Shown one piece after another: positions 38,282 through 49,952 of a stretch of DNA of 64,000 nt. The position numbers and the translations under genes were made by a program. The stretch comes from Desulfobacterales bacterium (GTDB lineage Bacteria > Desulfobacterota > Desulfobacteria > Desulfobacterales > UBA5852): the NCBI GenBank assembly GCA_963674755.2, contig CAXXVS010000002.1, positions 480,001 to 544,000 of the forward strand, read 5' to 3'. Below the pieces are notes generated by a model. It had not been told where the DNA came from, made no database searches, and was given only the letters and a program-made list of their open reading frames with translations. The first letter of the stretch is position 1. Each line of letters begins with the position of its first letter.

Positions 38282-38412
38282 GCAGAACCTTCGCTTTCAC
38301 AGCCGACCGGGCTATCCAGCGGCGTTCTAAAAGGGGTTTTGGTAAGCGGTCTAATCGGTAGTTTAGAAACTCATTGCTTCCTCGTTCCCGGCGGGTGAAG
38401 CGCACGTGACCT
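38282..38412 (+). mobile_element. attC site 4 (131 bp, degenerate core GTGACCT)
   Basis: GCAGAAC inverse core; stem CGCTTTCAC..CCG(A)CCGGG/CCCGGCGGGTGAAGCG. Confidence 0.8.
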
Positions 38413-38635
38413 ACAAAAGAGATAGCAAGGAAGAAATATCTCATCTTTTTCATAATCATTTTTCCATTTACATGTTTCTCAGGACCTCGCTTACGGCCGA
38501 ATAATTGGGCCATACCTGTTATTGATACACATCTTAAAAAGCTTAATATCTCAGGAACTTTTATATAGAGACCAATAGACAACATCACCTATACCTTTCA
38601 TGCCCAATCCATATCGACTGCCGACAGGGCCCTCC

Positions 38636-41260
38636 ATGAAATCTGCCATTTTATCGTTATGCTGTTGCATCCTCATGTTGGCCGCTTGCACAACGATCAA
38701 AAGGCCGCACACAATACCGGCGGCGTCGACATGGTCCGCCGCCAATCCGTCCAGCATCCCTTACGATGTCCGCCGCGGGCAATTGGAAAAGGGCAATCTC
38801 GTGACGAATGCCGCTTTCGAGGAGGGGCGCTGGCTCAAGGGTGATTCTGACCACCCGTTTAAGCTCACGGGGTGGGAAACGGTAGGGCGCCACATCCAGT
38901 GGGTCGAGCGTGCGTCAGCGCCGGGTGCCTTCGATGCCCAGCACAGCGGCCGTCGCTGCATCAAAATCACGCGCAGCAAAGCCAATGAGATCGATGAGGC
39001 CGAGGGCATTATCAGCGATTACATCCCGGTGATTCCGGGAAACTACGATTTCACGTATGGCGTTCGGCTACAGAACATCGTGAGCAATAAATCTCGATTG
39101 GGCGTCCGACTTTACGATGCGATCGTTGTCCGCGTGCTGTTTTTCGACGAGAACAAGCAGCCTTTGAACCCGGCAATGGTGAATCCTGTCAGCGGCGGCC
39201 TGATCGACAATTCGGACAAGAGCTTTTCATTTTCCAATTTCTGGCGAATCGAGCGGTTCCCGTGGGGAAACGTCAGGGGAAGATCCTACAATTATCCCTT
39301 CTCCGAGGGCGATATTCCTGACCGGACCTGCTACGTGCGGCTGTTTTTCGGTCTGAAAGGCACCGGCCGCGTATGGCTGGACGATGTCTATTTCGGTTTC
39401 TCGAAATGGAATTTTACCGCTTTGGAACGCTTCAAGCCCTTTTTTAACCGCCGTTTCACGTTGACCGAAACGCTGATTCCCACGCCTAAACAGGTTCAGG
39501 AGATCGACGCGATCACGTATTACCACGCGCAAGACCCGATCGCTGCTTTGCCCGTCATCGTCCTGCCCGAAAATCCCACCCCGGCGGACCGCTCGGCGGC
39601 CACCCTCCTGCAGACCAGGCTCGGCGCCGTGCTGGCCGCAGCAAATTCCGGCAATGGCGATCGTCGAAAGATCAAGATCGTGGCAAATGACGCTGGTGAA
39701 GAAGATCTGTTCGCCTCCAAATTGATCATCAGTATTGGAGACAATCGCGTTTTTCAAACGATCCAACCGGATCTTCCCATGCAATCCGTGCGTGGCAACA
39801 CGCAGGGATACGTTATCAAGGCGGAGCGGTTCGGTGGCGGCCATGTCCTGTTCCTGATGGGGGCAACCGCCATCGGAAACTACTATGCCGCCACCACGGC
39901 GGTGCAGCTTTTTGAAAAGGATCGATTCATCTACCACAATGCCACCGTCGTCGATTTTCCGGACTTTTCGGGCCGTTCGTATGTGTTCAAAGACTGGCGA
40001 AGTGAAGACGAACTGAAACGGGATCTCGACGCCGTCGACCGCATGAGTTGCTATAAGTTGAACAAGGTCTATGTCGGTTACGACCGGGCGAAGAAAAACT
40101 GGTATCAGCCCGATGACCTGTTTCGCCGCGGATTGGCCGAAGCCGGCCGCCGCTTCCAAGAAAACGGCGTGATGCATCTGGCCGTGATGGTCAATCCGTA
40201 TTCCCACTTTCCCATGGAGGCCGCGCAGGAAGAGTTGAGCGAGGCCTTGCGCTACACCTGGACCCACAGCAGTCCGGAAAGCCTGGAAACCCTGAAGGAT
40301 GTCTATCGGATCGGACTGGATGCCGGTGCCGACACGATCGTGTTCTTGGCGGATGATTTCGTGCCCCACGCCGGCCCTAATCGTCAGGATTATGCGTTGT
40401 ACACCGCGGAAGACAGACGCCGTTTCGTCAATCTTCAAAATGCCCAGGCTTATGTCATCAACCGGTTGAAGAGCTGGGTCGACGGCGCGTATCCGGGAAC
40501 CCGGATTGAATTCTGCCCGCCGTGGTATTCCAATGAACATATCGATCGCAGCGACGGGAAGGCGGAAGTGTACCTGGCAGAGCTGGCGTTCCAGATCCCG
40601 CGCGATATCGCCATCATGTGGACCGGGCCGACCATACGCTCCTTGTCCATCGACATGGCGGACCTGCACCGTTTCAGTTCGCTGATCGGCAGGTGGCCGA
40701 TGCTCTGGGACAATACCTTGTATGCCCGAAATATGGAAACGAAGCGCTACGGCGGCTATGCCACCTATTATCCCGGCAAGGTCACCATGTGCAATCTGTT
40801 CGAACCCTACGATACCGACATGCCCGGGGATTTTCAGCAATACAGCGACAGCCGGCAAAAGTACACGAACGGCAATGCCTACACTGAAATTTACAAGATC
40901 AAGTACGCTACCGTTGCCGACTACGAGTGGAACACCGGCGCCTATCAGCCGGAGCGTTCCCTGTGGAAGGTGCTGAGCAGCACCTACGGGCCGGCGGGCG
41001 CCCAGGAACTTATCCGCTTCAGCGATGCGTACTACCATGCTTACGGCATTTGCATGCGGATGGAGACGGAAAGCGATGCTAACCCGGATCTTGCTGCGAT
41101 GGGCAGGGATTCGATTGCCAGGCTGGAGCAAAGCTTCCTGAACCTCTCACGGACATTGCCGAATCATGAAGCGCTGTTGAACGAATTGAGGCAGTTCCGG
41201 GACAGGCAGAAGAAACGTTTCGATCGGTTGACCCGGGGCGCGCGTCCGGCAGCCTCCTGA
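38636..41260 (+). CDS. Lipoprotein beta-N-acetylglucosaminidase-like (CBM-like + GH20 domain-2-like + GH84 catalytic domain)
   Basis: LAAC lipobox; LIPTPK and GYVIK (domain 2); FLADD, FCPPWY, WTGP, LWDN (GH84-type motifs). Confidence 0.7.
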   Translation: MKSAILSLCCCILMLAACTTIKRPHTIPAASTWSAANPSSIPYDVRRGQLEKGNLVTNAAFEEGRWLKGDSDHPFKLTGWETVGRHIQWVERASAPGAFDAQHSGRRCIKITRSKANEIDEAEGIISDYIPVIPGNYDFTYGVRLQNIVSNKSRLGVRLYDAIVVRVLFFDENKQPLNPAMVNPVSGGLIDNSDKSFSFSNFWRIERFPWGNVRGRSYNYPFSEGDIPDRTCYVRLFFGLKGTGRVWLDDVYFGFSKWNFTALERFKPFFNRRFTLTETLIPTPKQVQEIDAITYYHAQDPIAALPVIVLPENPTPADRSAATLLQTRLGAVLAAANSGNGDRRKIKIVANDAGEEDLFASKLIISIGDNRVFQTIQPDLPMQSVRGNTQGYVIKAERFGGGHVLFLMGATAIGNYYAATTAVQLFEKDRFIYHNATVVDFPDFSGRSYVFKDWRSEDELKRDLDAVDRMSCYKLNKVYVGYDRAKKNWYQPDDLFRRGLAEAGRRFQENGVMHLAVMVNPYSHFPMEAAQEELSEALRYTWTHSSPESLETLKDVYRIGLDAGADTIVFLADDFVPHAGPNRQDYALYTAEDRRRFVNLQNAQAYVINRLKSWVDGAYPGTRIEFCPPWYSNEHIDRSDGKAEVYLAELAFQIPRDIAIMWTGPTIRSLSIDMADLHRFSSLIGRWPMLWDNTLYARNMETKRYGGYATYYPGKVTMCNLFEPYDTDMPGDFQQYSDSRQKYTNGNAYTEIYKIKYATVADYEWNTGAYQPERSLWKVLSSTYGPAGAQELIRFSDAYYHAYGICMRMETESDANPDLAAMGRDSIARLEQSFLNLSRTLPNHEALLNELRQFRDRQKKRFDRLTRGARPAAS

Positions 41261-41774
41261 CCGAAACGCCCTCAATATCTTAAACGGTTCTCCGGCAAGC
41301 TCCCGTCAACAGGAATTTACCACGAAGGACACGCAGAGATGCGCACCGGAACGATCTGAATTCCTTCGTGATCTTCGTGGTGGCTCTTTTTTCATTGTAA
41401 CCAATTTGAGCAATCGTGATAACCGCTATATCCTATTGTTTTGCGGATAGCAGGGGGCTGGTCTGGAAACCCGCCAACCCTGTGGTTACTTTGGTTAAAA
41501 ATGATCTTCGAACGGGCTCTCAAATCGGCTTTACCTCCTCTGACTCACGTGCCAACCCAATTCGCGCTTACCGATTTTTCAGCAAGCTGAAACAAATCTA
41601 AAACCATCGAGCCACGCCTGAATCACCCGGGGTTGCCCTTCCTGTCCTCAGCGTGACGACGTGTTTCACGCCCTTCGGTTTTGCTGACGCATCCGGGTTG
41701 ATGCCAATAAATCCATCAAATTTTTATCGGGTATCGATGAGGGGGCAAGTTGACGAGAGGAAAACCAATGTTTA

Positions 41775-44019
<2,245 letters not shown>

Positions 44020-44032
44020 TCGCAGCATAAGT

Positions 44033-44073
44033 GGGCGGTGTTTCCGGTGGTAGTGAAACACCGCCCCCTTTTT
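44033..44073 (+). terminator. Intrinsic terminator of katG
   Basis: GGGCGGTGTTTC/GAAACACCGCCC 12-bp stem followed by a T run. Confidence 0.85.
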
Positions 44074-44223
44074 GATGCCGATAGGCACCTATGCGAATAG
44101 CCGCTCAGTCGATCTCCATCGCCTTCTATTCGATACGCCTCTTCCATTAATCACGGGAGCGGTTCAAGCCCCCCGGCCCAACCTATACCATCGATGCAAT
44201 TCGTCATCCGGTCGGTCTGCCAA

Positions 44224-44904
44224 TCAGGTTCCGTCCACCAGCGCCTGAGCCACGCGGTTGGCCAGGGCCCAGATGGCATCCGCCGGGAGGACCTGTTCGA
44301 TGGAGCGGTCGAAGAGGATCTTGAGGTCGGCCGGAAATTCGTCATCGGCGAACCACATGAGGAAATACAGGGGAATGCGGGGGAAGGGGAGCAGCCGCCC
44401 GGCGGCGTCGGCCATATCCACCAGACGGCCGTCCAATGATGCTACCGCCCGACGGAATCCTTCGGGATCCCGCCCGTAGCGATCCAGCACCTTGGCCGTA
44501 CGCAGTTCGTGGGGCCCGACGAAGAAATGGGACTCCCTGAGATCCTGCAGGCCCACGATATCACGATCCAAGGGGAAAATTCCGTTGACCTGGTTCAGGT
44601 AGACCAGGGTCACCAGTTCCAGCAGGGGGTCCTCCAAGGGAACGTATTGCCCGTCTTCGACACGCAGCAATCGTTGATGGGGGATATCCACACAGATTTC
44701 CCGGTGGAGAAAACGGAATTGCAGGCGGCCTTCAGGCCGGGGGCGGGCCAGGGTGAAATTGGCCAGTTCTTCCAGGGAGCGCCTGGCCAGATCCTGCCAT
44801 TGAAGGGTATCCGGTCCGAGATGGGAGCCGTCCGGCGCGTAGCGGTCCTGGTCTTTTTCCGGCTTGGAGGCGGTCATCTTCCTTCGCCTTTCAGTGAGGC
44901 TCAC
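44224..44904 (-). CDS. DUF3786-like protein
   Basis: LPFPRIPL...ADDEFPA...LFD motif. Confidence 0.75.
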   Translation of the reverse strand: MSLTERRRKMTASKPEKDQDRYAPDGSHLGPDTLQWQDLARRSLEELANFTLARPRPEGRLQFRFLHREICVDIPHQRLLRVEDGQYVPLEDPLLELVTLVYLNQVNGIFPLDRDIVGLQDLRESHFFVGPHELRTAKVLDRYGRDPEGFRRAVASLDGRLVDMADAAGRLLPFPRIPLYFLMWFADDEFPADLKILFDRSIEQVLPADAIWALANRVAQALVDGT

Positions 44905-45323
44905 TCCTCGCCCCTGACGGGGCGGCGCTGATGCTTGAGGCGGGCACGGCGGCGTTTGGTCTCCAGGCGGCGCCGACGTGAAGCCGTCGTGGGTTTGGTG
45001 GGGCGGCGCGGACGCGGCGGGCGGGAGGCCGCTTCGATCAGACCCCGCAAACGCTCCAGGGCCTCTTCACGATTCTGTTTCTGGGAACGCTGGCTGCGGG
45101 CGTCGATTACCAGAACGCCATCGCCGGTCAGCCGCCGTCCGGCCAGGCGTTCCAGGCGTTGACGCACGGCTTCGGGCAGGGAGGGGCTGTGGCGCACGTC
45201 GAAGCGCAGTTGCACGGCGGTGGCGGTTTTGTTGACGTGCTGGCCCCCGGGGCCGTCGGCGCGTATAAACCCCAGCGTGATTTCGTTGTCCGGGATTTCG
45301 ATGTCGTCCGTGACGCGGAGCAT
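44901..45323 (-). CDS. arfB: Alternative ribosome rescue peptidyl-tRNA hydrolase
   Basis: GPGGQHVNK, RSQKQNR, basic C-terminal tail. Confidence 0.92.
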   Translation of the reverse strand: MLRVTDDIEIPDNEITLGFIRADGPGGQHVNKTATAVQLRFDVRHSPSLPEAVRQRLERLAGRRLTGDGVLVIDARSQRSQKQNREEALERLRGLIEAASRPPRPRRPTKPTTASRRRRLETKRRRARLKHQRRPVRGEE

Positions 45324-45343
45324 GGCAACCTTATTGGATGACC

Positions 45344-45378
45344 GATACTGGATACTGGATACTTGATGCTGGATACCG
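45344..45378. repeat. Heptamer tandem repeat (GATACTG) x5, imperfect
   Basis: gatactg gatactg gatactt gatgctg gataccg between hisHF and arfB. Confidence 0.8.
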
Positions 45379-45398
45379 GATTAAAAATCCCTGATCAT

Positions 45399-46970
45399 TC
45401 AGCGCCTGATTTCCACCTTCCCTTGCAGGTAGCTCTTGACCGCCCCGATGGGCACCTCACGACGGTGAAAGATGCCGGCGGCCAGGGCCGATTCGGCCTC
45501 GGTTTGTGTGAAGACCTCATGGAAATGGGCTTCGCAGCCGGCCCCGCTGGAGGCGATCACCGGAATGGTAACGGCCGCCTTTACGGCGTTGATCAGCTCC
45601 AGATCGAAGCCGGCATTGGTGCCGTCGCGGTCGATGCAGTTGAGCAGGATTTCGCCGGCCCCCAATGCTTCGCAGGCCGCTGCCAGGGAGACGGCGTCCA
45701 GTGCGCGCCCCTCGCGGCCACCCTTGATGGTGCACTGATACCAGCAGTAGCGCTCCCCCTTGGGTCCCGGGAAGGCGGTCGCGATCGTGCGCTGGGGAAC
45801 GTCTTGGGGATCGGCCACATAGACCCGGCGCGGATCCACCGAGATGACTACGGCCTGGTTGCCGTAGACCCGGGAGATGGCTTCGATGGCGCTCTGACCG
45901 GTCTTGCGTCCCGTGCGGAGGAAGGCTTCGGCAATCAAAACAGCGTCGCTGCCGATGGAGACCTTGTCGGCGCCCGAGCGGAAGTATTCGCTGGCCACCT
46001 CGAGGGCGGAATAGGTCCGGCCGTTTTTGTCGGTGTAATCCCGGATGCCGCCGCCGATGGTGAGGGGCACGAATACTTTGCGCGAGGTCTGTTTGAGCAC
46101 TTCCAGCATGGGCATGTCTTCCAGGGGAAAATCCCGGAAGCCGGTGATGTTGAGGAAGGTGATCTCGTCGGCGCCGTCCTCGTAGTAACGTTGGGCCAGC
46201 TCCACCGGCAGGCCCAGGTTGCGCACCTGCCCTTCTTCACGCACATCGTACTGGTCGCCTTTGGTCACCACCAGGTCGCCCAGATCGTTGGCACGCACGT
46301 CCAGACAGGCGATGATGCGTTTGGCCAGCAGGGTCGCCGGCGGAATCTGGGGCGGGGTGGCAGCCGGCGTGCCGGCGGACAGGAAATTGGCCAGGATCCG
46401 TTGGCCGTCGGCCCCGCTCTTTTCCGGGTGGAACTGGGTGCCCATGACATTGCCCTGCTGGACCGCGCTGGCAAATTCGTAGCCATAGTCGGTGGCGGTC
46501 AGAACGACACCGGGATCCTCGGGGGCGATGTGGTAGGAGTGCACGAAATAGAATTTCTCATCCCCCCGCAGCCCGTTGAACAGGGGCGAGGCCTGGCGCG
46601 CCTTGATGCCGTTCCAGCCGATGTGGGGCACTGCCCGGTTGATGGTAAAGCGTTTGACCCGGCCCTTCAGCAGGCCCAGTCCCGGCACCCCGGGGGCTTC
46701 CTCGCTTTCCTCGAAGAGGGCCTGCATGCCCAGGCAGATGCCCAGGAAAGGGCGATTCGATGCCAGATACGCCTTCAAGGGATCGATATAGCCCCGCTCC
46801 GCCAGGATTTCCATCATGCTCCCGAAGGCACCCACCCCGGGAAACACCAGCCGTTCGGCGTCCAGAATGTCTTCCGGTGTCTTCACCGGACGGACCGTTT
46901 CCCCCAGGCTTTCGATGGCATTGACGACGCTGCGCACATTGCCGGCGCCGTAGTCGAGCAAGGTGATCAT
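45399..46970 (-). CDS. hisHF: Fused imidazole glycerol phosphate synthase HisH-HisF
   Basis: GATase (PGVG, GICLG, FHPEKS) fused to cyclase (KRIIACLDV, GGGIRD, IASSGAG). Confidence 0.92.
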   Translation of the reverse strand: MITLLDYGAGNVRSVVNAIESLGETVRPVKTPEDILDAERLVFPGVGAFGSMMEILAERGYIDPLKAYLASNRPFLGICLGMQALFEESEEAPGVPGLGLLKGRVKRFTINRAVPHIGWNGIKARQASPLFNGLRGDEKFYFVHSYHIAPEDPGVVLTATDYGYEFASAVQQGNVMGTQFHPEKSGADGQRILANFLSAGTPAATPPQIPPATLLAKRIIACLDVRANDLGDLVVTKGDQYDVREEGQVRNLGLPVELAQRYYEDGADEITFLNITGFRDFPLEDMPMLEVLKQTSRKVFVPLTIGGGIRDYTDKNGRTYSALEVASEYFRSGADKVSIGSDAVLIAEAFLRTGRKTGQSAIEAISRVYGNQAVVISVDPRRVYVADPQDVPQRTIATAFPGPKGERYCWYQCTIKGGREGRALDAVSLAAACEALGAGEILLNCIDRDGTNAGFDLELINAVKAAVTIPVIASSGAGCEAHFHEVFTQTEAESALAAGIFHRREVPIGAVKSYLQGKVEIRR

Positions 46971-47119
46971 GGCATTACCTCATTGCATAAGCTGTTGCAG
47001 CGGGCTCTCACGGGTCCGCCAGGTCGCGAAAGATTGCGTGGCGTATGGCTGGCATTGAAAAAGCACTCTTTAGCCCAATACCATGTGAATGGCAACCCGG
47101 GGATCATAAGCGGCTATTC

Positions 47120-47983
47120 TCAATGGGCCATGCCCAGGGCCAGGGTCGCTTCCCAGCCCAGCATGGCCTTTTTGCGGGCCGGGCCGCCCCCGTAGTAGCC
47201 GAAGACGCCCATCTTGCGAATCACGCGATGGCAGGGGATGAGGAAAGGGATGGGGTTGCGCCCCACCGCATTGCCCACGGCCCGTGAGGCTTTGGGCAGG
47301 CCGATGTGCCGGGCGATATCCTCGTAGGTGACCGCCTTGCCCAAGGGGATTTTGAGCAGGGCTTCCCAGACCTTGATTTGGAAGTTGGTGCCTTTGACAA
47401 AGAGGTAGAGCGGGGCCGGAGGGTGATCCTGGGGATAGCCGAAAACGCCCTCCAGCAGTCCGGCCGTGGCCTGGGGATCCTGGCGGATGGCGGCCCGGGG
47501 CCACTGGCGCTCCAGATCGGCCACCGGCGTGCGGCGGTCGCCGTCCTGCACGAAGCTGAGCGCGCAGATGCCCCGCTCGGTCACGGCCAGAAGACATTCC
47601 CCGAAAGGGGAGGGGTGCAGGCCGTAGCGGATATCCAGTCCGGCGCCCTTTTGTTTATACTCCCCGGGCGTCACGGCCTCGCAGGTCACGAAGAGGTCGT
47701 GCAGACGGCCGGGGCTGGAGAGCCCGCTGTCGAAGGTGCTGTCCAGCAGAGAGTCGGAACCGGTGATCAAGGTCTTGGCGTGCTCCTTGGTGAGAAACTG
47801 CAGGAAGCGCTTCGGGCTGATGCCCACCCAGCGGCTGAAGAGGCGCTGGAAGTGGTATTCGCTCAAGCCCGCGGCCCGGGCGACGGCGGTCAGACCGGGC
47901 TGCTCCTCATGGTGGGTTTCGATATAGCGGATGGCCGCTTCCACCCGCTCGTAATCGCGGCATAGGGTATGATAATTGGTCAT
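47120..47983 (-). CDS. AraC-HTH / methylated-DNA--protein-cysteine methyltransferase (Ada-like)
   Basis: GLSEYHFQRLF..WVGISPK; GTNFQIKVW; IPCHRV. Confidence 0.9.
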   Translation of the reverse strand: MTNYHTLCRDYERVEAAIRYIETHHEEQPGLTAVARAAGLSEYHFQRLFSRWVGISPKRFLQFLTKEHAKTLITGSDSLLDSTFDSGLSSPGRLHDLFVTCEAVTPGEYKQKGAGLDIRYGLHPSPFGECLLAVTERGICALSFVQDGDRRTPVADLERQWPRAAIRQDPQATAGLLEGVFGYPQDHPPAPLYLFVKGTNFQIKVWEALLKIPLGKAVTYEDIARHIGLPKASRAVGNAVGRNPIPFLIPCHRVIRKMGVFGYYGGGPARKKAMLGWEATLALGMAH

Positions 47984-48155
47984 GGCTGGTATCCTCCCCC
48001 GAGAGAACATTGAGCATGCAGGCCGCCTCGGCGTGAGTGGCCTGCATCGATCAGATAGCACTCTAACTCTTTTCCGGTTCATATACTACGGATCGCAAGG
48101 CCGGTGGACAACCCGATTCTTGCGTTGTTGCGATGACACAGCGGCTGCGGGTGGA

Positions 48156-49631
48156 TCAGGGCGATGGCGGGGTGGTTTCCGGGTAGGCGACGGCAAGATG
48201 ACCAATGGCCCGGGCGATGTCGGCCAGGGCTTTTTCGCGGTCGTACCGGGCAGCGGCCTGGCTCATGTGGGCCTGACTGCGCGCCAGTTCGGCCTCCAGA
48301 TAGCGTGTGATCGTGGCGGCGCCGTTGTCATACTGGCGGCGGACCAGAACCAGGGTTTCGTCGGCATTGGCAACCCGGGAACGGGCCACTTCCAGGCGGG
48401 CCTTGGCTTCATCCAGGGCAAGATAGGCGGTTTTGACATCGAGCTCCACGGCCAGGGTGGTCTTGCGGTCCTGCTGGAGCATCGCTTCGAAAACGGCCCG
48501 GGCTTCATTCTCCTGGGCACGCGTGCTGAACCCGCTGAAGATCTCCCAATTGAAGAGCAGACCGGCCGTCCAGTTGTCGTTATCCCAATTGTAATCCATG
48601 TTTTCGTCATCGTAGTAAAACTTGCCGAAGGCGTCGATGCGGGGGATGTAGCCGGTGCGGGCTTTGTCCACCGCCATCCGGCTCTGGCGCACTTTCTCAT
48701 GCAGACTGCGGACCTCCGGCCGGTGGGCCATGGCGTAGGCCAGGCCGCCATCGAAATGCGCCGGGAGGTCCAGCCCCGTGGTCGCGTCTTTTTCGGGCTG
48801 CAAGACGGTGTCGGTACCGGCGCCCATGATGGTCGCCAGGGCGGCCAGGGATAATTCCCGGCGGTTGCGGCTGCGCGCCTCCTCTTCCTGGGCCGCGGCC
48901 CGGCGCACCCGCAGCGAGAGCAGATCCGACTTGAGCACCGCCCCCTGATCATAGCGCACCTGCATGACCCGCAGCTGGTCATCCACGGTGGCTACCGATT
49001 GGCGTGCAATGGCCAGGAAGGCATCCGCGGTCAGGTAGTTGTAGTACGTCTGAATCACCGAGGCCGCCAGGGCGTTGGTCACGGCCTGGCGGTCGAGCCG
49101 GGATATCTCCCGGCCGATGGCGCTCATCTCGCGGTTGAGGAGATCGCGGCCGCCGCTGAAAAGATTCCAGCGGGCGTTCAGGCCGGATTCGAAATTGTCC
49201 CAATTGCCGGGATTATTGAGATCGCCGGACAGGGAAAATTGCCGCTGGTCCAGTTTCTTGAAAAGATAGGCGGAAGGGGCGTTGCCCCCCATGTATTCGG
49301 TATAAAAGGCCAGGGAGGGGTAGAAAGCGGCCTCGGCTTGTTTCAGAAGGGCTTCACTCTGTAGGATGCGGGCGGCGGCCATTTGCCGGTCGGGGTTGTT
49401 GGCCACGGCGATGCGTATAGCCTCTTCCAGACCGAGAGCACCTTCCGGAATGGGCTGCAGGGGGGTGGCGGCGGTGCCGTTGCGGCGGAGCACATCGGCC
49501 CGGTGAGCCTCCTGGATGGCATCGTAGCGGTAACGCGCCTGGGTCGCGCAGCCGGACACCCAGGCCAGCAGCATGATGGCCCCTAACAAAACGGAGATGA
49601 GACGAATCGGTCGCTTTAAGGTCAGGAACAT
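48156..49631 (-). CDS. TolC-family outer-membrane efflux lipoprotein
   Basis: VSGC lipobox; duplicated OEP repeats (AAFYP/TGYIP). Confidence 0.88.
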   Translation of the reverse strand: MFLTLKRPIRLISVLLGAIMLLAWVSGCATQARYRYDAIQEAHRADVLRRNGTAATPLQPIPEGALGLEEAIRIAVANNPDRQMAAARILQSEALLKQAEAAFYPSLAFYTEYMGGNAPSAYLFKKLDQRQFSLSGDLNNPGNWDNFESGLNARWNLFSGGRDLLNREMSAIGREISRLDRQAVTNALAASVIQTYYNYLTADAFLAIARQSVATVDDQLRVMQVRYDQGAVLKSDLLSLRVRRAAAQEEEARSRNRRELSLAALATIMGAGTDTVLQPEKDATTGLDLPAHFDGGLAYAMAHRPEVRSLHEKVRQSRMAVDKARTGYIPRIDAFGKFYYDDENMDYNWDNDNWTAGLLFNWEIFSGFSTRAQENEARAVFEAMLQQDRKTTLAVELDVKTAYLALDEAKARLEVARSRVANADETLVLVRRQYDNGAATITRYLEAELARSQAHMSQAAARYDREKALADIARAIGHLAVAYPETTPPSP

Positions 49632-49733
49632 GGGGATTCTATCCGATCGATTGCGCCGGGCGGTCCGTCAGTCTGTCCACCAGTTTGTCCGCCCAGGAGT
49701 GGTCCGGTTCCCTTGGAAGCAGGGTCCCGGATA

Positions 49734-49783
49734 TTGAAATAGATTTCAAAACGCACCATACTCAAACCCGAGACGCCTGTCAA
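49734..49783 (-). promoter_or_regulatory. Sigma70 promoter with downstream palindromic operator for the TolC-family gene
   Basis: TTGACA-17-TATGGT; TTGAAAT-CT-ATTTCAA at 49734-49749. Confidence 0.65.
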
Positions 49784-49952
49784 TATTGATATCCTATATT
49801 ATTTCATATAGTTATATGGTTGTCCGAAAATCGGCAGTCGTTGATGTCAAGCGGCATGCGCCGTGAGCGCGGCATATGATTGAGGAGATGGCGCTTCGCC
49901 GGCATCGGCGATCTGACTTGAACGGTGTAGGCGCTGCCTGCAGGAGAGTTCC

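Larger units (their letters stand above)
36515..38412 (+). mobile_element. Integron gene-cassette array (4 cassettes) with no integrase in the window (CALIN-like)
   Basis: AT-rich co-oriented ORFs, each bounded by complementary core / inverse-core pairs and attC hairpins. Confidence 0.88.

Noticed and set aside
48156..49631. TolC-family gene without adjacent pump genes
   Set aside because: Orphan outer-membrane factors are common
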